Shown here: piece by piece, positions 40,847 through 57,770 of the stretch | Numbering within the stretch: the first letter of the stretch is position 1 | Layout: each line of letters starts with the position of its first letter | Assembly (NCBI GenBank): GCA_012295275.1 | Contig: CM022679.1 | Coordinates: 14,446,001-14,510,000, forward strand | Origin: Chrysomallon squamiferum | Taxonomy: Eukaryota; Animalia; Mollusca | Length of the DNA stretch: 64,000 nucleotides | Reading direction: 5' to 3' | Notes under the pieces: generated by a model | Told to the model about the DNA's origin: nothing | Databases searched by the model: none | Seen by the model: the letters and a program-made list of their open reading frames with translations, nothing else | Program-made: the position numbers and the translations under genes

Positions 40847-41814
40847 GTTATCGTTGTAATTAAAACTATATCTCACTTACCACAGATTTAAATAAAGGTT
40901 GTTAATAAAGTTCACAATTTAAACTCTTCATAATAGTCCAGTAACAGATATGTTATCACTTTAGTTAAAATTAATTAACAAACTGTTTTTACCTGCAGAT
41001 GCTGTACATGGCGATAGTATTGTATGCACCGTCGTTAGCTCTCAATGCTGGTAAGTTTCAGTCTTTGTGGTGTATATCTGTTATAAGCAGCAGAATAGGA
41101 ACAAACAAATCTAAACTTGATAGAACGTGATAGTCAGTTTGGCCCCAGTTCAAAAATATAGATTTTTTAACTCCGAGCATCATTAGTCAAAAACACTGCA
41201 TATAAAACTGTGAATTTAAAAAAAAATTCCTTGATTACAAACAATAATACCGGTTTTCTTAGAACTTAGAAAAGAAAAGCTGTATATTGCAAACTCATCT
41301 CTATGGAGAGAAGAAAAATTTAATGTATTTATGTATGTATGTATGTATGTATGTATGTATGTATGTATGTATGTATGTATGTATGTATGTATGTATGTAT
41401 GTATGTATGTATGTATGTATCTGTTTATTTCTTTGTCGGTTTATTTATTTATTTATTAAACTTATTTTATTTTATTTAAATTACCGACTGACTCAGCACA
41501 TTTCTAATCTACCGTTTATGACAATCTTCATAGATATTTAACGTTACTCTCTAATTACATGTTGTGAAATAAAACTCACCGCCGCCTTGCTCAGGGATAA
41601 TTATCAATTAACAGCAAAGGATTAAAAAAAATATACACCTTCTCATGAACAGTAAAAAAATACCTCAGCTCTGAATAAACTAGTTGTTGTGAACTCGCTG
41701 TTTGACGTCGACTTTAATTAATGTGTGTTTACTTTAGGAAATGCGTTTCTCTCTGTTCCATTGTTTTGCTTCTGTTTTTATTTTTCACACTTTTACGTCT
41801 AGGTTACATCTGCC

Positions 41815-41847
<33 letters not shown>

Positions 41848-42829
41848 TAACAAAATAATAGTAATAAAAAAATATTAAAATGTTACAAGCATTTTAATTA
41901 TTTTAAACTTATACGTATTTAGATATGAGTACGAGATAAGCTATGCATATTATGTATTGTTGGTGGTTTCTAAATGTAAATAATTATTAATATTATTTAA
42001 TCGTTCTTTCAGTAACTGGTTTCAGTCTCTGCATTGCTATTTATATACATGTGTATTTCAGTTCAAATATTGTATTTCCACACACACATACCAAACTTAA
42101 AGAAATATATAAAATATAGATGAAAATATATATGTATGTATGGAATGCAAATTATGCATGTGTGTCTGTTTATCTGTGTATTTGTATATGTGTTCTAATC
42201 GACATTTATACATACATTCATACAAATACATACATACATACATGAATACACACACATATTATACACACATATATACAAACATGCACACATACACACACAT
42301 GTACATACATTTACTTCACATACACGCATATACATATATATATATATATACATACATACATACATATGTTATTTTACATTTGTAACAGGGAGGAATGAAG
42401 GCTGTGTTGTGGACAGACACGTTTCAGATAGGAATGATGTACGCTGGACTTCTCGCTGTCCTCATTAAGGGAGCCATGGTGGTTGGTGGCTTTACAAAAG
42501 CCTGGGAAATCGCGGATAACAACAAACGTATTTATTTCACCGAGTGAGTGCATGAGGTCTAGAAGCCATGTCCTTGATTTCAAGAAAGAAAAAAAACAAC
42601 AACACAAAAACAACATTTCGCACGAAAATAAATTTCACTGATGCTAAGACTGATATGTATATTTTTATGAGATATGTGAACAATGAAAAACTTTATACAG
42701 GCGTAGGGTTTCATAAAATGTCTTATCTGTTCGAAATCATATTACATATTAACGAAATAAGTAAATAAATAAATAAAATAAATAAATAAATAAATAATAT
42801 GAAATATTACTACTACTACTACAACAACA

Positions 42830-42884
<55 letters not shown>

Positions 42885-42946
42885 AATATAATAATAATAA
42901 TAATAATAATAAAAAGGTGAGAAACAGTACTAAGTAAAATTCCTAA

Positions 42947-45210
42947 TAGTCCGGGAGCAGAGAGGGTTAACCCTACATTGCTGTATTAAGTTCTTTTTGC
43001 TGTTGATTTTGGTAGTCAAGGGTCTCTATTTTCAGAAACTGCTTGATGACGTGTTGTCACCCTTGAGCAATTTGAGAAATTCAAGATGGCGTCTATGATG
43101 GCCGCCATTACATATAAATGACCATAACTCCCTACCTATTCACCCTAGGAAGGTAATTTTTGTCTCTATACGTAGGTTTTAGGGGTCAAGCTATTCATTA
43201 GAACTAAGTATTATGTTAATATTGTATTACATAATGGTAATTTCCAAGATGGCTCACAAGATGGCCGCCGTAACACTAAAATTGGCATATCTCCTTAACT
43301 ATTTACTCCAAATTAGTCGTGAAGGTGTCTATCAAAAGCATATTACACAATTCATTTTTAAGGATGGCTACCGCTTCACCAAATAATTTACACTGTTGTA
43401 CATTGTGTTGCCCATGTGCATTGCAAAGACATGCAATCAACTATGGTGTCGGGTTACAGAAACACTGATTATAGCAGGCGCAAAATATTGTGCATTTCAT
43501 ATAATTTCATGTTAGGGCAGAGTTTGCGACTGTTTTGGTCTTCCTTTACAGCATTCCATCTCTGGGACTAGTTCGACTTCATCAGGGAGGTGAGCTCCTC
43601 TAACATTTGCACACCAGTAACCATCAGACACCTCAACTTGAAGAATTTTCTTCAAGGTAGATTTCGATTTCGCAATCCTCATATCTCCAGTATCATCAAA
43701 CATGGACATCCGTAATGCCAATGTCCCGCCCACTAACCTGCAGGCCAATCACCCTTGAGTAAATAAAATTGGTATCAGATACTTTCACAGCTCGGACCTT
43801 CACATGCTTCCTTGCATGATACACAGTAACAACATTCTTCCTGATGATTTCAGAAAAAAATCCCTGCGATAACCGACCTTCGAAAACTTTCATTTGTTCA
43901 GACCCGATTGTGACAGCACTGTGGACATTGACTGCAGCTGAACCAATCAGGCCGCTAACTACATTGACTATACCACCGGGGTGTGCCGCAGAATCTAAAA
44001 GATTAATGCAAATGTCGAATTTTTGTCTGATTCCATCTCGGTCTCTCTTGTCTTCAGCGATCCTGGCTTCTGCCTCTTCTTTGTGTGTTGTCACCACCTT
44101 GCTTTGAGTGTCCTCATCCGTCATGTCATCCAGATCAGATTTCACCCTGCTGCATGCAAGCAGACTAAGGGCCCATACCTTCAGCGTTTCTGGCTTAAGC
44201 ATGATGCCAACTGTCCCCCCCCCCGGAGGATGCCCATACCGCATCAAGGTCGTCTCAATCATCATATCGCTCCAGACGCCATTCCATAAGCCAGCAGATT
44301 GGTGCATAACATGCTCACCCTTCACGAAGTGTGACAACACCTCTTGTGGTAGCCGTTCCATCTCACGAAGGTAGCACAACCCATATCTCGCATAGTTCAC
44401 ATGCCCCGCAGCAAAGAAGTGTGGTAGCATTTGCTTGCAGGTTGCCAGATGGATTGGCCAGTCACCTTTGCGTTTAACCCGTATGAACATCATGGTGAGC
44501 AGGACAGGTTTTATCAAGACGTCGACCAAAAGTTTGGTAGTTTGACTCTTGGGCGCTTCGGTTTCCAGAATTTGCATGAGGTCACCACTGCAATGTAGTG
44601 GTTTATCCTGAATGATTCCGCGAAGTACCTCTTCAGCTGGGGAAACTTTTTTCCAGTGAGAATTTTCGACACACCGCCAAACACAGAGGACATTATATCT
44701 GACAGACCGGTATCAGCCATCAGTGTTCCGATAGATCCATTGAAGCTCATTAGAGAGCGCATCCCTCCCAACCGTAGAATAACATCTGAGAACCTTTCTG
44801 GATAAGTCCACTGAACTTCTAGTGCGGCCCTGTACACAAGTAAAAACTACGAACTGTTGCCCGATATTGCGTGTGTAGACCTGTGCAAAGGTCATTGATG
44901 TCAATATTGTACCCGTTGTACTCAGGACAATCTATATTTAGTTCTAATGGATAGCTTCACCCCTAAAATCTACGTATAGAGACAAAAATCATCTTCCTAG
45001 GGTGAATAGGTAGGGAGTTATGGTCATTTATATGTAATGGCGGCCATCATAGACGCCATCTTGAATTTCTCAAATTGCTCAAGGGTGACAACATGTCATT
45101 AAGCAGTTTCTGAAATAGAGACCTTTGGTTACCAAAATCAACAGTAAAAAAAACAACTTAATACAACAAAGCAAGATTAAGGGAAAAAATGGCAGTTGGC
45201 TCCCAGACTA
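42947..45210 (-). mobile_element. Internally deleted, degenerate DNA transposon, Academ-like, in intron 5 of SLC5 copy B
   Basis: Termini TAGTCCGGGAGC...GCTCCCAGACTA, imperfect TIRs of ~260 bp (42947-~43207 and ~44938-45210), and a 3-bp flanking duplication TAA (42944-42946, 45211-45213). TAG...CTA ends, long TIRs and a 3-bp TSD fit Academ. The equivalent copy A intron is only 263 bp. Confidence 0.85.
43512..44904 (-). pseudogene. Fragmented transposase remnant of the Academ-like element
   Basis: Overlapping frameshifted ORFs: QFVVFTC / YRAALEVQW..VILRLGGMRSLMSF..GKKFPQ / KGDWPIHLATCKQMLPHFFAAGHVNYARYG..GEHVM..GVWSDMMIETTLMRYG / SMFDDTGDMRIAKSKSTLKK. The expected acidic TxDQxLY-type motif appears deleted, and LGGMH reads LGGMR. 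Confidence 0.8.
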
Positions 45211-47308
45211 TAAGTAAATATAATTATCTATATAGGATTTTCAAACGCATAATCAACTAGCTGTTTTCAGATGTAATCGAACTGGAATCAGTCAAGACGC
45301 TCATATGTTTCCAGTGTGAAATCACAGTCAATCGTTACATACTGTTTAGTTTCAAGAGCAATATTTTGATTTCAGTAAATGAACAATTACATGCGCTTAT
45401 ACACACTTAATTTTAAAGTATTTTATTATTATTATTATTATTATTATTTTCAGCTTCGATCCGGATCCAGCTATACGTCACAGTGTTTGGTCACTTGTGG
45501 TTGGTGGATATTTCATGTGGGTTACTATTTATGGAACCAGTCAAGCCCAAGTACAACGAGCATGCGCGTGTCCTACTTTGAGAAAGGCTCAACTGTAAGT
45601 TTTCATAACTAGCATTTAATAATGTATTCATTATATTTTATTTTATTTCAGTTTATGTTTTTACTGTCGCCGTTTTTTTATTATTGAATGCTTTTAAACT
45701 TTCTTCATATTTCATGAAAAAGTTCAAATAAAATGATTCAGTGTCAATATAAAGATTAATTCTTTAAGAAGACGAAACTAAATTAATTTGTATTCTACAT
45801 TGTATTCTTGATTTCACGAGTGTTGACACTACTGTGTTGGTCTGTGGTTATTTTCTCATCAGTTTTTTTTTTTTTTTTTTTTTTTTGGTTGTTTTTTTAT
45901 CTCTGCGCCATCTGGTGGAATTTTCCTGGACTGTTGTTCGTCCTGACTGACTTGCATGATTGGTATTGTTATGTTTGCTTTCTACTCTACGTGTGACCCA
46001 GTTTCGCTAAAGTTAATCACAGCGTCTGACCAGGTAATCTCAGTCGAACTTGTAGTCATCGTCCAGTGTGAAATACACTGTTATTAAAATTAACCTGGAA
46101 ATGTGTAGTAAATTAGAATTTCTTAAATAATTTATTTCTATAGATATATAAACATACATACATATATATACATACATATACATACATATATATATATAAA
46201 TTCAAACAAATCTTTTTTTTTTGAATGACACAGATACATTTATAAGCACTTTTGAAGTTATTAAAAATAATTTTATTTACCAATATAAAAATAGCATCTA
46301 GATATTTTAAACATTTATTCATTAGAAAAATAATCTGACAAAAACCCAGTAACACAAACACATTGTTATGCTTATAAAATATGTAGTAACTGAGTACATT
46401 GACCGATAAAGAGTTAATAACTTTAATCTATTACACTTTCTTCACAGTTACTGCCTCTGTTTGTGATGGACATTCTAGGAAATGTTACTGGTCTACCAGG
46501 AATTTTTATCGCCAGTATTTTCAGTGGCGCTCTTAGGTAATTAGAATAATTTGTTCATTATATTTAAAATAAAACAAACTAGAAAATTTATTGCACGAAA
46601 CATTGCAATGTAAAACAATTAAGTGCAATTTAATTTCATATTTTTATCTTTGGAAAGAATTTCAAATGGAAAAATTAGCAGAGCAAGCATTAAAGAATGT
46701 TTATTTTATTTTCTATTTTTTTATCGAGCTGAATTCAATATAATTTAGCATATGTTATTTTCTATTTTCTATTTTTCCTATTATTTATTTTATATAAAAA
46801 TTAAAATTAAATTTTTAATTATGGCAGGTAGTTCAGATTAGAACTTAATGATGTTTTCAAGAATACTACTAAAATATTATTTTTCAACACTAGTTTAGTA
46901 ATACATTAGTAATAATTGTATAATACATGCAACTGTTAATGATCCTTTGCTGTTAACTAAAATGAGTGTCTCATGAACTGGTAGCCTTTTATGTCCAATG
47001 TATTATGACAATGAAATATTTCCTTCCTTACTTCCTAATAATCTGTTTCTATTATTTTTTTTAAATAGCTAACGCCTGCGGACCTTCTCAGGTTTTTAAT
47101 CCTAATTTCATATTAACTAAAGTGGTTTTTTATTTTATTCTTGCAGCACAATATCGTCTGGCCTGAATTCACTGGTCGCTGTGTTCCTGGAGGATGTTGT
47201 CAGAGCTTACATCGGCAAAAACATCAGCGACTCGACAGCAACTAACCTGACAAAAATACTGGGTACGTGAAACACGTATATGTGTAATAGAGATATAGCG
47301 GTAGAAAA

Positions 47309-47478
<170 letters not shown>

Positions 47479-48949
47479 AGTGTATACTTTTCGACTGCTT
47501 CTGGTCTGAATTACTACTATAGACTCACTGTGTTGATGTTTTTACTAACTGGTTTAATTACTGTTTTCAGCGGTAATATTTGGCGTTGTGTGTCTTGCCT
47601 TAACGTACGTCGCATCAAAGCTTGGCAGCATTCTGCAGGTTAGAAATCTAGTTCTGTAGTTCTTGTTTCAAAAATAGAAAAACTACTTTCTGCAGAAAAA
47701 AAAATACATACATATATACACAGATATATTCATATATACATATGTTCGTACGTGCATACATGCATGCATGCATATATATATATATATATACACACATACA
47801 TACATACATACATACATACATACATACATACATACATACATACATACATACATACATACATACATACATACATACAAACATGAAAACATAAAACACATAC
47901 TACGTGTCATTCACAGATGTGCCGATGCAGCTGCACTGGAGAAATCGGTAACGATGTCAGTGATGTTGTAGTAAAAGATTTATTTCTGCTGCTATTTTTG
48001 AATCTCTTAAACTCTTTTATCTGTCGACAGTCTGTCAAACAGCGGGAGCTCGCTTATCACTTGAATTCTCCATCCATGTTAACGTTCACGTAATTATTAC
48101 AGAAGCATTCCGAGATCTTGATAAGGTTTTTGGATAAAGATGTATACGCAGTTCCTCCGCTCGTCTGGGTTTTTCTCAAAACTAATTATACTTTTAAATC
48201 TGTACCTGGCGCACACAGTTTAAGATGTAAATTAGTATAATTGTGTTTTTTTTTCAGGCCGCTCTGTCTCTCTTTGCAATGATTGCTGGACCTCGTCTTG
48301 GCCTGTTTTCTCTGGGCATGGGTTTCTGCCTTGGGCGAATAAATGGGTGCGAAAAACAGTCGCTGGTAAATTTCATTACGTTAGTCATCGCGATCACAGT
48401 TAATGAATGCTAGAAAAAACGAGCCTCAAAACTGCTGATATTTAATATTGTCATTGTTCTATTTGCCGTCTGTGTCTGTCTGTTTTTAACGTTCTGTCTC
48501 CTTTTTAACGTTCTTTTCTTCCTTTCTTTCTTTCTTTCTTTTCTTTTTCTGTTTCTGTCTATCTTTTCTCTCTCGCTCTCTGTTTTTCTTTCTTTTTTAA
48601 TCTATTATGTTTTCATTTTTTTTCTTTCTTTCTCGCTCTCTCTTACTATCAAAACATATATTCATATTTATTTCAAGTGTTACAAGTGATTGTAATATCT
48701 ATCTCTGATTCTTATTTACATGTTTGTTTCACAGGGCGCATATTCCGGTTTACTGTCGGGTTTGGTTTTTATGTTTTGGATCGGAATTGGAAGTAACTTA
48801 CACAGAGATGAAATCCGCTTACAGCGTCCACCTTCAGCCATGAACATTACCAACTGCATCTGGAATGTGACCAATATGACGACAACAACAACAACGACAA
48901 TGGAGACGGTTACAGAATCAAACAAAACTCAGTTGTAAGTGAAACAGAA

Positions 48950-49950
48950 TGTCTCTCTGTCTCTTACTGTCTCTCTCACGCTCTCTCTGTCTCTTACTGT
49001 CTGTCTGACACTCTCTCTGTCTCTTACTGTCTCTCTAACTGTTACTGTCTCTCCCACCCTCTCTCTGTCTCTTACTGTCTCTCTGACACTCCCTCTTTCT
49101 CGTACTGTCTCTCTGACACTCTCTCTGACTCTTACTGTCTCTCTCACACTCTCTCTGTCTCTTACTGTCTCTCTGACACTCTCTGTCTCTTGCTGTCTCT
49201 CTGACACTCCCTCTTTCTCTTACTGTCTCTCTGACACTCTCTCTGACTCTTACTGTCTCTCTCACACTCCCTCTGTCTCTTACTGTCTCTCTCTGTCTCT
49301 TACTGTCTCTCTGACACTCCCTCTTTCTCTTACTGTCTCTCTGACACTCCCTCTTTCTCTTACTGTCTCTCTGACACTCTCTCTGTCTCTTACTGTCTCT
49401 CTCACACTCTCTGTCTCTTACTGTCTCTATCACACTCTCTGTCTCTCTGACACTCTCTGTATCTTACTGTCTCTCTGACACTCTCTGTCTCTTACTGTCT
49501 CTCTGACACTCCCTCTTTCTCTTACTGTCTCTCTGACACTCTCTCTGTCTCTTACTGTCTCTCTCACACTCTCTGTCTCTTACTGTCTCTCTCACACTCT
49601 CTCTGTCTCTTACTGTCTCTCTCACACTCTCTGTCTCTTACTGTCTCTATCACACTCTCTGTCTCTCTGACACTCTCTGTATCTTACTGTCTCTCTCACA
49701 CTCTCTGTCTCTTACTGTCTCTCTAACTGTTACTGTCTCTCTCTCACACTCTCTGTCTCTTACTGTCTCTCTCACACTCTCTGTCTCTTACTGTCTCTCT
49801 GACATTCTCTCTGTCTCTTACTGTCTTTCTGACACTCTCTGTCTCTTACTGTCTCTCTAACTGTTACTGTCTCTCTCTCACACACTCTGTTTTACTGTCT
49901 CTCACACTCTCTCTGTCTTTTACTGTCTCTCTCACACTCTCTCTGTCTCA
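48950..49950. repeat. CT-rich ~30-32-bp minisatellite immediately after exon 12 of SLC5 copy B
   Basis: Unit CTCTCTGTCTCTTACTGTCTCTCTGACACT, roughly 30 copies. Confidence 0.9.
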
Positions 49951-50102
49951 CAAACAGTGAAGCACTAACTCAGCCTTTGATAAATGAATGGCTCCACCTT
50001 GCTATATATTACTCCCACACGTGTGTGTGTGTGTGTGACTGTGATATATGTCTGTTCACGTAATGTTTATGTTTTATGGATTATGTGCATACATCAAATG
50101 TA

Positions 50103-51069
<967 letters not shown>

Positions 51070-51284
51070 TATTAGGTGCAGGTAGGATGATGTAAAATAA
51101 TGTTTAATATTTCACTGGTTCACCTCTGTCGTGACGCACCTGAGCTGTGTTTACCACATCTGTCTTACCTGGTTAATGTTAGTCTTATAAGTAACATCGT
51201 GTACACACAGTAATGAAAATAAAATCGAAAGATTACCTGGACATCAAAGACAGCGATGCCGACAACGACAACAACAGCAGCTGC

Positions 51285-51349
<65 letters not shown>

Positions 51350-51830
51350 TAAAACAAAATTAAAACAAATTGTAATAATAATAATAATGTTATTGTTGTT
51401 GGGTTTTTTTGTTGTTATGTTCATTATAATCATAATTTTATTGTTGTTGTTGTTGTTGTTGTTGTTGTTATTATTATTATTATTATTATTTTGTTATCAT
51501 TTTCATCCTTTAACGAGATCAAATGAAAGAGTCAACTCGAAATCAAAACAGTAAGAATTATGTCCCTTGTTTGCCCGCTTAAACAATACACCACAACGTT
51601 GATTGTGATACAGTGTTCAAATCACTATTTATTTGTGATACCAGATTTATTTAAATTTTGAAAATATTTATGTCTGTTGGTCTGTGTTTCCTTCCATTTG
51701 TCTGTCCCTTTCTCTTTCTGTATTTATAACTCCTTATCTGGAATTTTTCTTTATTTCTTTCATGTATGTTGTCTATCGTCTTTCTCTCTCTCTCTGTCCC
51801 TCTCTGTCTCTGCCTGCCCCTCTCTCTCTG

Positions 51831-51918
<88 letters not shown>

Positions 51919-51964
51919 CTCTCTCTCTCTCTCTCTCTCTGTATCTCTCTCTCCTTTCTATATA

Positions 51965-52059
<95 letters not shown>

Positions 52060-52583
52060 CACTCAATCAGTCTATCTAACTGTCTATATATCTGTCTGAC
52101 TGTCTATATATCTACATCTATCCATTTATCAATAATACTGAGTTAAAATGATGCCCTATTCTGAGCATTTTCGTATTTATATTTGTATGTGTGTGAATAC
52201 ATACACACACGCGCACACACACACACACACACACGTATTGGGTTGACTATTTTCAGTCGAGCTGAATACACGTTGTACACGTTGTCGTACATGTGGTACA
52301 GTGCAACAGCCTTCCTGTGGGTCATCGTGGTCGGTAGGATGACAAATGCTTTTACAGGTAATATTAGTAAATTATTTTAGTTTTAATTTTATATACATTT
52401 TTATCTTTGTCTTGTACGTCGTACAAAGATGGATAGACGAAAGAAAAGAAAACACAAATTAAACGATCGATTAACTGAGAGCGAGACAGATAGACAGACA
52501 GTCAAATAGATAGAGAGAAAGATGTATATAGATAGATATATAAATGGACAGAGGCAGATAGATACACAGACATTTTTCTACGC

Positions 52584-52628
<45 letters not shown>

Positions 52629-52736
52629 CACACACACACACATATAGATATAGATAGAAAGATAGTTATATAGATATAGACAAATAAAGATAGATAAAGC
52701 GAGAAAGAGAGAAAAGAGTGAAAGAGATATACACAT

Positions 52737-53019
<283 letters not shown>

Positions 53020-53881
53020 ACAATGCATGTACATACACACACACACAAAGGTTGAAAGAAAAGTAAGAGACATTCTGATATAAACACCAACAATAAAGCA
53101 GTTGAGTAAAACCCTTGAATCTAAAACATAACATTGAACTGTTACTATTTTGTATTGTATACTTACCAGGATTCACCGATCCCAAGAAACTTGATCCAAA
53201 GGTTGTTTGTCCCGTGGCCGATGTCATTTTTCCTTTTTATTTTTTACCTGAAAAAATACGAAAACCTTTGCGATTTGGAATCGTCCACGAAGGGGTAAAG
53301 CATTTCTTTAATATTTTGTCTTAAAAAAAACGATAAAATGTATTTGTATATATATTTGTTTAATTGTACATCATAAATTTCACGCATTTAACACTGAAAT
53401 GTATATAATTATACAGGATCTTTTTGATTGTGCTGAATTACAATAACATAAGGTTTTTCTTCTGAACTGAATGATCTAGCACGTGTTTTAAACAGTATTT
53501 AATTTTTGATTTATATTTTTATTTATTCTCTCGAGAAAAACATATAACTCATTGGTAGGATACTGACACATGCATCATTCATTTAATGTGTATTTGAATA
53601 AATATCGAAGTTGTTAACATATGGTGGTGTATTTTATTCTAACATGCAAAAATGATTTAAAGATGCTAAGTGAATATATATATATATATATATTAGAGAA
53701 GTAATTACATCAGAGTTTCTTATATAATGAAATATAAATTACTTTTAAAAGTAACAATTAATGATAATATTTTAAAAGGACAGACTCGTTTAGCAACCAA
53801 TGTTTAATTAAAATCAATATAAAAGTAAACCAAGCAACAAATAAATGAAACAAACTAAATAAAACAAAAATAAATAAAAAA

Positions 53882-53962
<81 letters not shown>

Positions 53963-56900
53963 GATAATGATGATTATGATGGAGATGATAATAATTAAAA
54001 AAATATATAAAATATAAAATAAAAATTAAATAAGTATTTGTTTCATTTCAGAAATACGACAAAGAAAATAATACGAAAGACAGAAAAGTAAATTTAGACA
54101 AGCTGTTTAAAAGACTGAGCATAATTGAAACAACTAACGAGACAGTCAACAATCCAGTTAGTGTCGACAAAACAAGAGATCCACCAAGCGTTGACATTGC
54201 TTCCAATCCACCAATTGCAGACGACACCGTAAATCCAGTTGATGAAGACAAAATGAAAGATCCAGCAGATGCAGACAACGTGAGAGATCCAGCAAGGGTA
54301 GACAGCATTACAGACCCGACAGCCGAAGAATCCACTGACAAAATGACAGATCCAGGAAGCACAGATGAGGGAGTGTAGATGACGTGACACGTGACACTGG
54401 TCTAGATGAAAAATCAGTTTTGTCCACACAGCACGCAGTTTCTAACGGCGGAGCTTCAGAAAGCTTAGCAACTAGATTATTAAAAAAAAAAAAAAAAAAA
54501 AATTAAAAACTTGCGTCTTATAAGCACGTATTTTTTCACTTTTATAATTAATTAGTTGGTTCAGAAGTTATTTAACAGTTGTAAATACTTTCTGGGTTTG
54601 GGAAATGATTTTGCTATTATAATTACATTTTATTTCTTTTCTGTACGTATTTACTGCTATTATTGCTTACCTAAATCAGTACTGTTTTGTCTGATTATAA
54701 TTATTTATATCAGTAATTATTAACCTGTTATAATTATTGAATTAGCTGTTAAAATAATGTTCTTGTTTCTTGTAATTACGTTTGTAATTATTGACATTCA
54801 TGTATAATAATAAACAATATGATAAAAATATGAACTGTTATTTGTATAAGTTCAAAAATCATTGAAAACTGTTTTCCGTTATCGCATCAGTTTTCGATTC
54901 AACATTACACGCCCACAGATACACAAATATTCATTTGAAATGAAACCACTAAAAAATGTATTAAATAAAAGTTAATATATACACGAACACACAAACACAC
55001 ACACACACACACACACACACATTACACCTACATCCACACACACACACACAAACGCGCACGCGCATATAAAAATATATGCAAAACATCTATCCATCCATAT
55101 ATACATACATACATAGAAAAATATATACGTACGTACATATATATATATATAAATATATAAATGAAAAAAAAAAAAATAAATAAATAAAGCAACAATATGA
55201 CTGTAACAGGTTGAAATAGTTCCGGCTTTTTGTAAAATGTTTTACAAAAATAGTGAAGTGAATAAACACCAAGCTGATTAAATTATGGAACGAAAATCAA
55301 ATTATTTTGATGATAATAAACACTGTCATTACTCTATTAATTATTCATTACGTGAAAATACACTGGTAAAATCAAAAACATTATAAAAATTACAGAGAGT
55401 TGGACTCCTGCTAAATGTTTTAACTAATTATTAAATGTCTGCATGTAAGTGAAAAAGTAGTTCTACGTACCGTATTTTATCGCAAAACTGTCTATGTTAT
55501 TTAATTCACAGCAGTTTTTTTTTTTTTTTTTTTTTTTTTTTCAAACGCATAAACGGCTCATTTATAAAAACAGTAAAAACGTTGGTGTATATTTACACAG
55601 CCCAATAAAAACACTGTGAATTAGCGTTCGAGAAACGGTAAATACCGGTTTTAGTAACTGATGGGTAATACCGTTACCGAAGCAGCAATACCGGTTTTCT
55701 AAATTTTAACGAGTTATTTTGAGAGATATATTAGTTGTTAACATAAGATTATGTTAGTTACTCGGTTGTTGCTAGCGTGCCTTCAGATGCGAGTTCGATG
55801 CTCGTCTTTTAATGTTCCACGTTTACCTGTTTGATTGCTGACATGTGTGCCATCCTAAGTCATTCGGTGAAAACCGGCATTGAGAATATCTGTCGGTAAT
55901 TTACCAGTATTGATATAATCGGTAATCTGCCGATACTATTCTTGGTGTTAGTGGACTGCTCTGACAGACGTGTACAGCTGACAGACAGATGAAAGGATGG
56001 TAGGACGCACAGATGAACTCAGTAATGGATTAAAAGAAGAAATTAACGTAGAATAAATATCTATCGATGGAAAAAAACGATAAACAAAGAAATAGTAACT
56101 GATGTTAAAAAGATAAATAAATGAATAAATATATAAATAAACAATAATCAACTAATAAATTAATAAAAAAAAAAGAAAGAAAGAAAGATAGAAAGAAATT
56201 AAGAAATTGATCAACTAATAAATAAATAAATAAATAAAGAAAGAAAGAACAAAGAAATAAATTAACAAATTAATCAACTATTAATTAAATAAATTAGGCA
56301 TAAATAACTTAATTAAGAAATAAATAAATACATTTAATTAATAAACAAATAAGTAAGTAAGTAAGTAAATAAGCAAACAAGTAAGTAAGTAAGTACATAA
56401 ATAAATAAATAAATAAATAAATAAATATTATTAAATAAATCAAAGAAATTGCAAAAAGATAGCTGTCGATAAGAAAAGAAATATTTTACAACATAATGAA
56501 GTCCTGGTTTTGGTTTTATTTTTAAATTAGTCATATCGTACTCCAGAATTTACACGCTGGTATTTTTTTACACATATGTCACTTTCATATGTTACACCGC
56601 ATAATTTAATAACCACATTAAATCAACTGACGGCAGTTTCTTTTCGCAATGGCATTGTGGGTAATCTGGTAAAAAGAACAGAAATATTAAAATACTGGCG
56701 TCGAATCTACCTAAAACAAAGGTATTTTTTTTTAAATCGTTTTAATTTTTCTTCACTAAGGTAAGTTTGTTTGTAATATTGGTTAATTTAGTGTTTTGGA
56801 GGGGAAATAATGTTTTTTTTTTGTTGTTTTTTAAAATTTACTACCAGGTTAAAAATGTATATATTTTTTAAAAGCAGTAATTTTGCGATTTACACATTTT

Positions 56901-57151
56901 AAACTAACGCCTACCATATTTTGCGTTAGAACATGAATGTGGTACGTTTTAAATGAAATTTTTAAATGCGATTTGAATCCTGGAATTGTATTTTGTTGAT
57001 CTAAAATATTTTTGACTTGTTTGATTTTGCTAAATGCACGGGCTGTACTTTTCTGAAGACTGTTTTCATATACTCACGTGCATCTGAATGCTGTTTGTAC
57101 CAAACTAAAACTCCAGTGGGGTAAAAACAAGCTGTATATATATATAAATCG

Positions 57152-57209
<58 letters not shown>

Positions 57210-57737
57210 CACCAACATCAACGATAATAATAAAAATAATAATAATAATAAGAACAACAACAACAACAACACCAACAACGATGATGATGATGATAATAAT
57301 AATAATAATAATAACAGTAACGATAAAAGATTAAAAAATAATAAATAAATTAAATTAAATGATATGAAATAAATCAAACTAAAATAAAATAAAATGAATA
57401 AAAATAAATGCTGTAAAAAGAACTGTTCTGTTCGGACAAACATTAACATACATAAATAAACACAAACATAGCAATACACACATAAACACAAAACATAGCA
57501 ATACACACATAAGTACAGCGATACACAGACATACACGGTGATATGAACACAAAATACAGTGATACACGCATATACAGACACATACAAACAGTGGGTAACA
57601 TCCAACAGTTATACCTGCCAATAGTCATACAGTCTAAATCAGCAAAGTTCAAGGTTGGGTGTACCCACTGTTATCACACAGCCCCAGTCGTGAATTAAAG
57701 ATGTGGTCCAGAAGGGAAGGATTGGGAAAAAACAACA

Positions 57738-57770
<33 letters not shown>

